Source: Candidatus Sumerlaeia bacterium (GTDB taxonomy: Bacteria; Sumerlaeota; Sumerlaeia; SLMS01; JANRJK01). Taken from it: DNA of 64,000 nucleotides. Position 1 is the stretch's first letter. Each line of letters begins with the position of its first letter. The stretch spans positions 1 through 64,000 of the forward strand of contig JANRJK010000031.1 of assembly GCA_033764015.1 (NCBI GenBank), given 5' to 3'. Shown piece by piece: positions 7,833 to 17,292 of this stretch. A program made the position numbers and the translations under genes. Below the pieces are notes generated by a model, which saw nothing but the letters and a program-made list of their open reading frames with translations, did not search any database and was not told where the DNA came from.

Positions 7833-9797
7833 CTACTGCGCGATCTCGATGTCGAGGCGCGCGCGGTTCGTCCCGGACGCGTTGCCGGTGTAGAAGCGGA
7901 ACGTGTCCTTCGTCGCGTTGTCGGAATCCGCGTTCTCGAAGCGGAGGCGGAACTGCGTCGGCCCGAGGCGGTTCAGCGCGGCGAGCGCTTCCGCCGAAAG
8001 CGGCCAGCAGATCGTGTCGCCGTTCGCCCTCGGCAGCACGGGCTGCTCCGCCGTCGCATCCGTGATCCACGCGTAGGACTCGAAGTCCTCGCGATCAAGG
8101 CCAGCGCTCGGGCCGAAAAACGCCGCCTGGTTCGGGCAGAGCATCTCGACGTACACACGGCCGAGCGTCGACGGATCGCCCGCGAACGATTCGCGCGTGA
8201 TGCAGAGCGACGCGCTGGTGACTTCCGGGGTGCCGTAGCTGTCGAACACCGAGGTGTCGAACGCGAGCAGCGCCTTCACCTGCTGGTTCGTCGGCAGGTC
8301 GCCGAACTCCCCGATGGCGTTGGCGTTGTCGGTCAGCAGGCCGACGCCGGCGTTGGCGGTGTACTCGATCACGGTGCCATCCGGGTTCGGAAGCGAGTAG
8401 AGCGGATCGAGCACCAGCGGATCGCCGCCCGTCGACGGGTTCGTGCCGCAGCCGTTTGTGGTCGCGAGGTCGAACTCGACGACGAGGTCGGAGCGCTCGT
8501 GCCGGTTCGACGAGGACTGGCCGCCGGCGCCGAAGCGGATGTTGTCGTTCCCGTTGTCGCCGTCGGTGCCGTTCGCGAACTGCAGGCGGAACTGCACGTT
8601 GCCGCTGAGCGGCACCAGCGTCGGGTCGATCGACACCCAGAGCGCGTCGCCAACGCCGGCTGCTACAAGAGCCGCGTTCGGAATGGTGGCGACGGGCGTG
8701 CCGCTGGTCGGCGCGGCTTGGAAGTCGGACGCCTGCCAACCCGCCGTCGTGCCGTAGAACGGATCCGCGTAGTAGATCTCGAGGTCGCCGAGGCCGGAGA
8801 CATTGCCGGTCTTGCCGTCGACGGTCAGGCGGAGCGCTGCGCTGCGCGCTTCCGCGCCGGGGATCGCGGTCGTGAAGCCGAGCAGGCCGCGCTCCGCGCG
8901 ATTGTTGACATTGTCACCGACCTGCGTGCGGCGCCCGGCGATCAGGACTGTGGAACCGACGCCCGGCGTCGCGCCCTCGTACAAGATCGCATCCTGCGAG
9001 AACTGCGAATCGATGAAGACCGAGCCGCCGTCGTCGGCCCCGCCGCCGGTGGGCGACTGGTTCGCCGCGAAGAGCAGCGCGTTGGCCATCAGTCGTCCGC
9101 CGTCTGTGGAGGAGTCCCAAAATCTGGAGTCCACATCACTCGAAGGCGGATACATGTTGAGATCGACGACAAGGCGACCGTCGCCGTTGGGTTCGATGAG
9201 TGCCACAAGAGGGTTGCCGTCGTTCCACTCAGCGATGGAGGTCGCCTCGGCGTTCAGGCCGAGGGTCGTGCGGAACGCATTCGAAGCAGCGAAGGCGGCG
9301 ACCCCGTCGAGAATCGGGTGTCCGGGAACGTGAATCGTTCCGAGAGAGGCGGAGGAGTTGACCTGTCCACCGCCGCGGACGAATGCTTGGTAGCCGCGCA
9401 CCGAACCACCGCTTGCCCAACCCCCGGTCATAGTGGCGTTCCCGCAGCAGTCTCCGATTTCGAAGACAGCGGTCACAACACCGCCCCCCGCATCGAAATA
9501 GTCCGCCATCGCATCCCCCAAGTCGCTGCGAGAAGACCAAGTAGAGTCGGAAAAGACCAGCACGGCATCGTAGCTGCCGAGCAGCGTGGGAGAGGGGACT
9601 GCACCTGAGCCATTTGATGCGTCGAAGGTATCCACAGCACTGAACACACCTTCATCCAGGAGCTTCGAGCGCACATCTGCTTCGTACGACGAGTAGGGGG
9701 TGGCGAAAACAATCAGCACATCGGGCGCCTGCGAGTAGGCCGCAGAGGCAAATGCGGCGATCACCGCAGCGGAGAGCACCTCTCGGGTGAGTTTCAT
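7833..9797 (-). CDS. Secreted multidomain protein: alpha/beta N-terminal domain plus two tandem DNRLRE-like beta domains
   Basis: Signal peptide MKLTREVLSAAVIAAFASAAYSQ; two homologous C-terminal units (LLGFTT/LLAFDT, SAALRL/SASLCI, QFRLQF/QFRLRF). Confidence 0.7.
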   Translation of the reverse strand: MKLTREVLSAAVIAAFASAAYSQAPDVLIVFATPYSSYEADVRSKLLDEGVFSAVDTFDASNGSGAVPSPTLLGSYDAVLVFSDSTWSSRSDLGDAMADYFDAGGGVVTAVFEIGDCCGNATMTGGWASGGSVRGYQAFVRGGGQVNSSASLGTIHVPGHPILDGVAAFAASNAFRTTLGLNAEATSIAEWNDGNPLVALIEPNGDGRLVVDLNMYPPSSDVDSRFWDSSTDGGRLMANALLFAANQSPTGGGADDGGSVFIDSQFSQDAILYEGATPGVGSTVLIAGRRTQVGDNVNNRAERGLLGFTTAIPGAEARSAALRLTVDGKTGNVSGLGDLEIYYADPFYGTTAGWQASDFQAAPTSGTPVATIPNAALVAAGVGDALWVSIDPTLVPLSGNVQFRLQFANGTDGDNGNDNIRFGAGGQSSSNRHERSDLVVEFDLATTNGCGTNPSTGGDPLVLDPLYSLPNPDGTVIEYTANAGVGLLTDNANAIGEFGDLPTNQQVKALLAFDTSVFDSYGTPEVTSASLCITRESFAGDPSTLGRVYVEMLCPNQAAFFGPSAGLDREDFESYAWITDATAEQPVLPRANGDTICWPLSAEALAALNRLGPTQFRLRFENADSDNATKDTFRFYTGNASGTNRARLDIEIAQ

Positions 9798-10070
9798 CGG
9801 AAAAACTCCGACTTGGGTTGGTTAACTGCTTTCGCACGGAGGACGTTCTTTCTCCGAGACGCCTGCGGTCAAGCGAATCAACGCGGCAGGCAGGCGCGTT
9901 CGCGATGCGGCATCCCGACACGTTGGCCCGGGCCCTTGCCCGCCGCTCCGCGCCGTGGCACCATTTCTCCATGCCGATGATCATTTCCGCCACATTGGAC
10001 ACCCGCCACGACGCGGTCGCGCCGACTTCGGAGCGCTTGCGCGTTGCGGGGGACCGATAGGAGCCCACCC

Positions 10071-10769
10071 ATGCACCACCACGTCGTCATCACCGGAGCA
10101 TCCCGCGGCTTGGGCCGCGCGCTCGCCGAAGTGTTCCACGCGGAGGGCTGCCGCGTGTCGCTCTTCGCGCGCTCGCGGGCGGAGCTGGACGCGCTCGCCG
10201 GGGAGCTTGGCGCGCGCGTCTGCGTCCACGCGGGCGACATCGCCAGCCGCGCGGAGATCGACGCGGCGCTCGCGCGCTTCCGCGCCGCGCACGGGCCGGT
10301 GGATGTGCTCGTGAACAACGCGGGCATCGGCGCCTACAAGCCGTTCCTCGAGTGCACGGCGGAGGAGCTCGCCGCGCAGGTCGCCGTCAACGTCGGCGGC
10401 CTCGTCCAGTTCACCCACGCGGTCGCCGGCGAGATGGCCGCGCGGCGCTCGGGGATGGTCGTCAACATCGCGTCGGACCTCGCGCGCAAGCCGCTGGCGA
10501 AGATGGCGGTTTACACCGGCACCAAGCACGCCGTGGCGGGCTTCTCGACATCGCTCGCGCGCGAGCTGAAGGAGTTCGGCGTGAAGGTGGTCCTGGTGAA
10601 CCCCGGCATCATCAACACGCACTTCGGCGGCGGGCAGCCCCGCGCCGAGGCGGAGGGCTGGCAGCTCGACCCGGCGGAGCTGGCGCGTCTCGTGGCGCAC
10701 CTCGCCGCGCTGCCCCCCAACATGTTGGTGGACGAGGTCACCGTGCACCCGATGGGGCAGGACTTCTGA
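10071..10769 (+). CDS. Short-chain dehydrogenase/reductase (SDR)
   Basis: TGASRGLG, LVNNAG, YTGTK catalytic YxxxK; AGGAG RBS. Confidence 0.92.
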   Translation: MHHHVVITGASRGLGRALAEVFHAEGCRVSLFARSRAELDALAGELGARVCVHAGDIASRAEIDAALARFRAAHGPVDVLVNNAGIGAYKPFLECTAEELAAQVAVNVGGLVQFTHAVAGEMAARRSGMVVNIASDLARKPLAKMAVYTGTKHAVAGFSTSLARELKEFGVKVVLVNPGIINTHFGGGQPRAEAEGWQLDPAELARLVAHLAALPPNMLVDEVTVHPMGQDF

Positions 10770-11749
10770 TGGCGGCGGAGCGCGTTGTCCTCGCGGGATT
10801 GGGGTCCTGGGGCGCGGGTTGGTACCACGCGCTGTGCGGGCGCTATGCGGAGGGCCAGGTCGCCGTCGTGGCGCCGAGCCCCGCCACGCGCGACCGGATC
10901 CGCGCGGGCGACGCGTGGCACGCGTCGCTGGCGGAGGCGCTCGCGGAGGGCCCCCCTCCGCGCTTCCTGGTGAACGCGACGCCGCCGCACGCGCATGCGG
11001 AGCTGAACCTGCTGGCGTTCGCGCGCGGCGTGCCCGTGCTCTGCGAAAAGCCCATCGCGGCGACCTTCGACGAGAGCCGCCGCTGCGTCGAGGCGGCGCG
11101 GGCGGCGGGCGTGCCGTTCATGGTGGCGGAGAACTTCCGCCGCGCGCCGGCGATGCGCCGAGCCGCCGAACTGCTCCGCGCGGGCGCCATCGGACCGCTC
11201 GGCTCCATGCACGCCCAGCTCTTCCAGGAACTCCGCACCGACAAGCCCTACTGGGCGGCGATGCGCCACGCGTTCCTCGAGGACGTCGCGGTGCATGTGC
11301 TCGATATGGCGCGCTGCTTCGCGGGCGCCGAGGCGGAATCGCTCTCCGCGCTCAGCTTCAACCCGGCGGGAAGCTGGCATCCGGTCAATGCGGCGTGCTC
11401 GGTGCAGGCGCGCTTCCGCGGCGGCGCGGCGTTCACCTTCTCCGGCGGCGTCGCGACGGTCGCCGCGCACACCGACTGGATGGGCCAGTGGCGCCTGGAA
11501 GGCGCGCGCGGCGCGATCCTCGTCGAGGGCTCGCGGCTGCGCCTCGCGACGCCGGAGGGCGGCGGCGCCGAGGACCTCGCCGGCGCGCATTCGCCGGGCT
11601 GCCTCGACGAGTTCCTCGCGCACCTCAGCGGCGGCCCCGAGCCGGAGACGATGGGCGCCGACTACCTGCGCTCGCAGCAGCTCGTGCATTGCGCCGTGCT
11701 GTCCGCGGAATCGGGCGGCGCCGCGGTCGCCGTGGAGCCCCTCCCATGA
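10769..11749 (+). CDS. Gfo/Idh/MocA family oxidoreductase
   Basis: GLGSWG, ATPPHAH, VLCEKP, DVAVHVLD; TGATG overlap with SDR. Confidence 0.9.
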   Translation: MAAERVVLAGLGSWGAGWYHALCGRYAEGQVAVVAPSPATRDRIRAGDAWHASLAEALAEGPPPRFLVNATPPHAHAELNLLAFARGVPVLCEKPIAATFDESRRCVEAARAAGVPFMVAENFRRAPAMRRAAELLRAGAIGPLGSMHAQLFQELRTDKPYWAAMRHAFLEDVAVHVLDMARCFAGAEAESLSALSFNPAGSWHPVNAACSVQARFRGGAAFTFSGGVATVAAHTDWMGQWRLEGARGAILVEGSRLRLATPEGGGAEDLAGAHSPGCLDEFLAHLSGGPEPETMGADYLRSQQLVHCAVLSAESGGAAVAVEPLP

Positions 11750-12096
11750 TCGTGCGCAACTTCCTCGACCACCCCGTCGTGGAGGGCCCCGCGCACGGCG
11801 GCGCGGGCTCCATGCGCAGCGCGTTCCTCTACGGCGCGGAGGACTTCGCCACGGCGCTGCGCTTCGTGATCCATACGGAGATCCCGCCGGGCGCCTCCAT
11901 CGGCTACCACACGCACGGCAACAACGAAGAGGTTTACGTGATCCTCGAAGGCGGCGGCGTGATGACGGTGAACGGCGAGGCGCGCCGCGTCCGCGCGGGC
12001 GACGTCCTGCTCAACAAGCCGGGCTGGAGCCACGGCCTCGCGAACGACACGGACGCGCCGCTCCGGATCCTAGTGTTCGAGGTGGACGGCAAGTAG
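11746..12096 (+). CDS. Cupin domain protein
   Basis: IGYHTHGNNEEVYVILEG and SHGLAN cupin motifs; ATGA overlap. Confidence 0.9.
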   Translation: MIVRNFLDHPVVEGPAHGGAGSMRSAFLYGAEDFATALRFVIHTEIPPGASIGYHTHGNNEEVYVILEGGGVMTVNGEARRVRAGDVLLNKPGWSHGLANDTDAPLRILVFEVDGK

Positions 12097-12138
12097 CGTT
12101 CAGGCGGCCGGCGTTCCTCCGGGAAGATGTGGGATCTC

Positions 12139-13290
12139 CTACGGCGTAATCCCCAAGAGTAAGGCGCGGTTCTCCTGCATAAGCAAAGCATCCGCGCTGT
12201 CCAACACGGAATCGCAGTTCGAATCGATAGCACTTACGGTACAGCCAAACGAGCAAATGTTAGTTGGGGCTGGGGTGGGGGCAGGCATGGGAATACCCTT
12301 TGTATCTGATGCAGTCGGAGTTAAGTAGATGCTTAATCGGATGCTGGCTAACATGCCAGTGGCTTCGCCATCAAATGACCGCCTCGGGTCATTCGACTCT
12401 ATTCCTACAACGACTGCGGTATAAATTCCCTGCCCAGTAGGCACGCCTTGAATGTCCAATGCCATAGCTTTCTGATCAACATCGAGCAAGAAGGATACCC
12501 AGCGTCCTTCTCCCGGACAGAGCACATCGCCCGCCTCAAGACCTTGTGCCAACACCTGATAGGGCTTGGGGTAATTTCTTGCGTAAATCCGAAAGATGTG
12601 CAAAGGCTCATCCCCGACGTTTTCAACCCAAATAGGGTAAGTCCAATTGTCCATGTCATCCAGGCTGTATTTGCTTGGAGTCGTAACTGTAAAAACGTTT
12701 TCCCCTGCAAAGTTCGTGATCTGAATCTGCGGCGCCGGTGAGTCGGGGGCAGGTGTCGGCGTTGGAGTTGGGGTTGGAGTAGCGGCGGGGTCAATCTCGA
12801 TAAAGAAGCCAGTGGGACAGGGGCAGAGCTGACCTATCAATGAAGTACTAGTGAATACTGCTGTAGTTGTTGCGATGTTGTCCGTAATCACAAAGCTGGC
12901 GGACGTATTCATCGTTGAGTAGCTAGTGCTAATCTGTCCTGATTGGCCTGAGTTAGGACTCAGCACAAACTGATAGGGGCGCGCTGCTCCTCCTTCTGTT
13001 TGAACCGTTGCAGTCATGCATTGTCCGACGTAGTAAACCGAACCGGGCGGAGGATTGACCCCATAGCACGGAGCCACAGACGGGATATAGCATCCGAGAT
13101 TCGGTGCGACTGGCGTCGGCGTCGGGATCGTCGAGGTGCAGGGCGGGGAGATGGGGACGAACCCCGGCTGCCGGGCGTCTGCGCTGGTCCAGCCAACGGC
13201 TCCAAGAAACGCGGCGATGCCCAGAGCGGCGGTAAGGTGGCCCGCGTTCGGCGGGCGGGGGCTGGATGCCAGTGTGGAACGGTCGATCAT
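12139..13290 (-). CDS. Secreted protein with PT linkers, an ASH/choice-of-anchor-D-like Ig domain and a dockerin-like EF-hand tail
   Basis: Signal-like N-terminus; PTPTP linkers; VENVGDEPLHI...LCPGE...IESNDP; DSNCDSVLDSAD near the C-terminus; visibly lower GC than the flanks. Confidence 0.65.
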   Translation of the reverse strand: MIDRSTLASSPRPPNAGHLTAALGIAAFLGAVGWTSADARQPGFVPISPPCTSTIPTPTPVAPNLGCYIPSVAPCYGVNPPPGSVYYVGQCMTATVQTEGGAARPYQFVLSPNSGQSGQISTSYSTMNTSASFVITDNIATTTAVFTSTSLIGQLCPCPTGFFIEIDPAATPTPTPTPTPAPDSPAPQIQITNFAGENVFTVTTPSKYSLDDMDNWTYPIWVENVGDEPLHIFRIYARNYPKPYQVLAQGLEAGDVLCPGEGRWVSFLLDVDQKAMALDIQGVPTGQGIYTAVVVGIESNDPRRSFDGEATGMLASIRLSIYLTPTASDTKGIPMPAPTPAPTNICSFGCTVSAIDSNCDSVLDSADALLMQENRALLLGITP

Positions 13291-13455
13291 CTCCCCGGAT
13301 TCTCCCTAATGGCGGGAGACTCCCCCGGCGCGGCGCCTTTGGCAAGCTGGAACGAGTGCCGCCTCCCTCCCGCTCGCCCCGAACGCCTCCGCACACCGTC
13401 CCGACCCCGGGCGGCGAACCGCCACCCGGCCAACCAATCGCAGGAGTAATCAAAA

Positions 13456-13531
13456 TGGCGCGCCCGGCAGGAATCGAACCTGCGACCGACAGCTTAGAAG
13501 GCTGCTGCTCTATCCCCTGAGCTACGGGCGC
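13456..13531 (-). tRNA. tRNA-Arg (anticodon TCT)
   Basis: 76 nt: GCGCCCG acceptor stem, anticodon arm GCAGC-CTTCTAA-GCTGT, GGTTCGATTCC T-arm, encoded CCA. Confidence 0.96.
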
Positions 13532-13561
13532 GCGGCGGGACCGCGTCAGTGTGCGCGGCGG

Positions 13562-14191
13562 CTACTCCTCGTCAAGCTCGGGGAGCGGCGGCGCGGCGAG
13601 TTGCTGGCGCCAGATCACTTCGTAGCAGCCCATTTCCTTGTTCACCCAGCGCGACACGATGAACAACGCGTCCGACAGGCGGTTGAGGAACTTGGCGCAG
13701 AGGGGATCGACGGTTTCCTGCTCGGCGAGCGCGACGAGGTGGCGTTCGGCGCGGCGGGCGACGGTGCGGGCGACGTGCAGCGCGGCGGCGGTGCGCGCGC
13801 CGCCGGGGAGCACGAAGTCCTTCAGCGGCTCGAGGCCCGCGTTGTACGCGTCGCAGACGCGCTCGAGGAAGGCGATGTCGTCCTCGACGATGCGGGGCAT
13901 CTTGGGGTGCATGTCCTCCTCGCGCGTGGCGAGCTGGCCGCCGAGGGTGAAGAGGCGGTTCTGGAGGTACTCGAGGAGCGAAGCGAAGTCCGCGGAGCGG
14001 GAGGCGTTGTTGATGCGCTTGTGCTCCGTGTCGAACTCGACGCGGGCGACGCCCAGCACCGCCATCAGCTCGTCCACGGTGCCGTAGCTTTCGATGCGCG
14101 GGTGGTGCTTGCGGACGCGCTGGCCGCCGACGAGGGCGGTGCCGCCGTCGTCGCCGGTCTTGGTGTAGACGCTGGTGATGCGCAGGGACAT
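13562..14191 (-). CDS. pduO: ATP:cob(I)alamin adenosyltransferase, PduO type
   Basis: VYTKTGDDGGT, YGTVDEL, DFVLPGG, RTVARRAER, LNRLSDALF. Confidence 0.93.
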   Translation of the reverse strand: MSLRITSVYTKTGDDGGTALVGGQRVRKHHPRIESYGTVDELMAVLGVARVEFDTEHKRINNASRSADFASLLEYLQNRLFTLGGQLATREEDMHPKMPRIVEDDIAFLERVCDAYNAGLEPLKDFVLPGGARTAAALHVARTVARRAERHLVALAEQETVDPLCAKFLNRLSDALFIVSRWVNKEMGCYEVIWRQQLAAPPLPELDEE

Positions 14192-14208
14192 GGGGGGAGC
14201 CTCCGTTC

Positions 14209-15345
14209 TTAGGCCAATGTTGGCTCGGCTGCTCGGGGGGGCTCAACCGCAGCTTTCGCCGCGGGCCGCGCGAGCGCCGGCGCCCGGTAGCCAGGCGCGG
14301 ACTCGTCGTCCACCAGCCCCGGCACAAGGTACGAGGCCCGGGCTCCGCGCGCGTCGGGGATCGAGACCGCGCCGAGCAGCGCGACGATGGCGCATTCGAC
14401 GTGCGCGGCGGAAGGGGAGCGGAGCGTGAGGCGCTGGAGCGCGCGGCCCGGGGCCTCCAGCGCGAGCGCGAGCCAGCGCGGGCGCAGGCGTCCGCGCAGC
14501 GCGGCGGCCTCGCCCGCGAGCCCCACCGCGAGCGGCAGCAGCGCGAGCTCCGCCGCCGACCAGAGCGCGAGCCGCGCCGGCGCGGGCCACGCGGGGAACC
14601 CCGTGACGGTGTTCGCCAGGAGCCACAGCGCGCCGGCGCCCAAGGCCCCCTGCAGGAGGAGCGCGTCCGCGTAGAGCATGAAGCCGCAGCGCCCGTGGAG
14701 GGCGGGCTGGCGGAGCGCGCGCCCCACGGTGGGGCCGCGGCCCTCCTCGAAGCAGTGCAGCGCGCGGTGCTCGGCGCCGTGGTAGCGGTGCAGCTCGCCG
14801 GAGCGCCCGGACCAGGCGGCGGCCGCCCCCAGCAGCGCGGCGCGCAGCGAGAACAGGAGCGCCGCGGCGGCCGCCGGCGCGTCGCTTTCGTTCATCAGCG
14901 CCGCGCTGCCGCCCATCGCGGCCAGCACGCCGGCGAGCAGCCACCACGCGGCGGGCAGCGGCGCCAGAAGCCCGAGGAGCAGCGCCGCCGAGGCGCCGCG
15001 CAGCGAGCGGCGCGCGGCGGGATCGGCCCACGCCTCCGCCGGCGACGCGGGGGGCGGCGGCGATCCCGCGCGCACCAGCGCGCAGCTCAGCAGCAGCGAT
15101 TCGGCGAAGCCCGCCACGCCGCGCGCGACCGGCAGCCGCGCCCAGCGCGACGATTCGGCGAAGCCCGCGAAGGGCACCTGCTCGACGGCGATCGCGCCGT
15201 CCGCCCGGCGCCGCGCGGTCGAGTAGCCCGTCCGCGAGCGGATCAGCACGCCGTCCGGCAGCGCGAGGCCGCCGACGCCGCGGGGGGGCGTCGCGCTCGG
15301 GTTGCCGCTCAGGTGGGCGTCGCGGTGGTTGAGTCCGATATCCAT
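14209..15345 (-). CDS. DUF1385 (YqhQ-like) membrane protein, divergent
   Basis: GGLALPDGVLIRS, LPVARGV, RYHGAEH, HGRCG, LQRLTLRSP; start approximate. Confidence 0.75.
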   Translation of the reverse strand: MDIGLNHRDAHLSGNPSATPPRGVGGLALPDGVLIRSRTGYSTARRRADGAIAVEQVPFAGFAESSRWARLPVARGVAGFAESLLLSCALVRAGSPPPPASPAEAWADPAARRSLRGASAALLLGLLAPLPAAWWLLAGVLAAMGGSAALMNESDAPAAAAALLFSLRAALLGAAAAWSGRSGELHRYHGAEHRALHCFEEGRGPTVGRALRQPALHGRCGFMLYADALLLQGALGAGALWLLANTVTGFPAWPAPARLALWSAAELALLPLAVGLAGEAAALRGRLRPRWLALALEAPGRALQRLTLRSPSAAHVECAIVALLGAVSIPDARGARASYLVPGLVDDESAPGYRAPALARPAAKAAVEPPRAAEPTLA

Positions 15346-16637
15346 GGGGCCGTGGGCGCCGGATGGAACGATCCGGCGGGGAGCGCGAGGGTTTCGACCA
15401 GGTGGCTCAGGCGCTTCCCACGTTCCCGCACCGTGAAGGGATACAGCCGCAAGTGCAGATCGTACCAATCGTTCGGCCGGCCCTCCGGAATCAGCACCAC
15501 GGTCATCACGTAGCGCGTCGGCGGCTGGTGGAAGTCGGGCGCCTCGATCACGACGCGGTAGCGGCCCGGCTGGCGCGCCGCGGCGCGGAGCGACTCGCGC
15601 TCTTCGACGTAGGCGGAGACGAGGCCCGCCACGGAGTTGATGCCGAGGTCGAGCTGCAGCCCCTCCGGCAGCGGCTCCAGCACCTCGAACTCGACCGCGA
15701 CGCGGAACGGCTCGCCGGTGAAGACGCGGCGCGTCGGCTCTCCGGCGGGATCGAGGATCTCGACCTTGCGGATGTGCGCGCGCGTCCCCTCGGCGCGGAA
15801 ATTCGACAGCGCGATGGTGTCGCGGACGGAGACCTGCTCCCCGTGCGAGCGCGCCGCCGCCTCGCTCGCGCGGCGCACGCCCTCCTGCATCATGTCGAAG
15901 ACGTCGTCGAGCACCTCGTCCGCCGGGCCGAGCGCCTTCACGCGCCCCTTCTCCAGCCACAGCACGCGGTCGGCGACCGCCTCGACCTGCGCGTGGTTGT
16001 GGCTGACCAGGAACACCGTGCGGCCTTCGTCGCGCATGCGCTCCACGGCGCGCAGGCACTTCGACTGGAAGTAGGCGTCGCCCACCGCCAGCACCTCGTC
16101 CAGCAGCACGATCTCCGCGTCCGAGTGCGCCGCGACGGCGAACCCGAGCCGCACGTGCATGCCGCTCGAGTAACGCTTCATCGGGGTGTGGATGAAGTCG
16201 CCGAGCTCGGCGAAGGCGAGGATCGCGTCGAGGCGCGCGAGCACCTCCTCCCGCGGCATCCCCGTGATGCCGGCCTGCAGGAAGATGTTCTCCATGCCGG
16301 TGAGTTCCGGGTGGAACCCGGCGCCCAGTTCGAGCAGCGCGGCCACGCGCCCGCGCACCGCGAGCGCGCCGGAGGTGGGCCTGCCCACGCCGGCGATCAG
16401 GCGCAGCAGCGTGCTCTTGCCGCTGCCGTTGTTGCCGACCACCGCGAAGCTGCAGCCGCGCGGCACCTCGAAGTCGATCCCGTCCAGCGCCCGCGTCACG
16501 ACGCGTTCGCCGCGGTCGAAGTGGTTGCGGACGATCATCTCCTTCAGCGAGGTGGCGCCGGTGCGGTGGGAGACGAACTCCTTGGCGAGGGCGCGGGCCT
16601 CGATGGCGGGCTCCGCGCCCGCGGGCGCTAGAGGCAC
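15309..16637 (-). CDS. wzt: Polysaccharide-export ABC ATPase with a Wzt C-terminal domain
   Basis: GNNGSGKST, LELGAGFHPELTGMEN, YSSGMHVRLGFA, DEVLAVGD, then a beta-rich C-terminal domain; GTG at 16637. Confidence 0.88.
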   Translation of the reverse strand: MPLAPAGAEPAIEARALAKEFVSHRTGATSLKEMIVRNHFDRGERVVTRALDGIDFEVPRGCSFAVVGNNGSGKSTLLRLIAGVGRPTSGALAVRGRVAALLELGAGFHPELTGMENIFLQAGITGMPREEVLARLDAILAFAELGDFIHTPMKRYSSGMHVRLGFAVAAHSDAEIVLLDEVLAVGDAYFQSKCLRAVERMRDEGRTVFLVSHNHAQVEAVADRVLWLEKGRVKALGPADEVLDDVFDMMQEGVRRASEAAARSHGEQVSVRDTIALSNFRAEGTRAHIRKVEILDPAGEPTRRVFTGEPFRVAVEFEVLEPLPEGLQLDLGINSVAGLVSAYVEERESLRAAARQPGRYRVVIEAPDFHQPPTRYVMTVVLIPEGRPNDWYDLHLRLYPFTVRERGKRLSHLVETLALPAGSFHPAPTAPWISDSTTATPT

Positions 16638-17197
16638 TCGTCGAGGAGCGCCCGCGCGCGCTCCGCGTCGCCGGCGCGCACCAGCAGGCGCACCTCCGCC
16701 AGCGGCGAGACGGTGAAGTGGTACAGGCTCGAGGGCACCTGCCCGCTGGCGAGGCACGCGATGTCGTGGCTCTCCAGGTAGCCCTTCAGAACGACCGCCT
16801 GCGTGGGCGACGGCGCGACGTGCACGCAGACCAGCTCGTCGGCCTCGTCGCCGCCCCGGCGGCCGGCGGTGCCGGTCGGCACCTCCTCGCGCGAGTCGGG
16901 CGCGTCCGCCGTGGGGGCGCCGCAGTGCCCGCAGAACGGCGTTCCCGCGGGGAACTGCGTGGCGCAGCCGGTGCACTCGACGGTGCCGCCGAACTCGTCG
17001 AACGCGCCGGGGGCGCGCGGCGCCGATTCCTCGTACTCGGCGGCGAAGTGGCGCGCGGCCGGATGGTCCGGGGGGCAGGATGGAAAGCGCGGCGGCGCCG
17101 CCGACGCCGCCGGGTGGAGCAGCGCGCGCCGGCGCCGCGCGGCCAGCAACAAGCCAACGCCGAGCAGCACGGCCAGCAGAAGCAGCACCTTCGTCAA
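16628..17197 (-). CDS. Membrane-anchored zinc-ribbon plus DUF2007 domain protein
   Basis: N-terminal TM; CTGC...FCGHCG; QAVVLKGYLESHDI...VRLLVRAGDAERARALL; TTG start after AAAGGA. Confidence 0.75.
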   Translation of the reverse strand: MTKVLLLLAVLLGVGLLLAARRRRALLHPAASAAPPRFPSCPPDHPAARHFAAEYEESAPRAPGAFDEFGGTVECTGCATQFPAGTPFCGHCGAPTADAPDSREEVPTGTAGRRGGDEADELVCVHVAPSPTQAVVLKGYLESHDIACLASGQVPSSLYHFTVSPLAEVRLLVRAGDAERARALLDECL

Positions 17198-17292
17198 CAG
17201 CGGATCCTTTCCCCCGGAAAAGCGCGTCCGGCCATGCGACACGCGAATGAACCTTGTGGCACACCGGGCTTCCTCTGGCAATAGCAATGCTC

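Noticed and set aside
12097..13456. Integrative element at tRNA-Arg
   Set aside because: No integrase and no duplicated tRNA 3' end found at the far side; kept only as a compositional anomaly.
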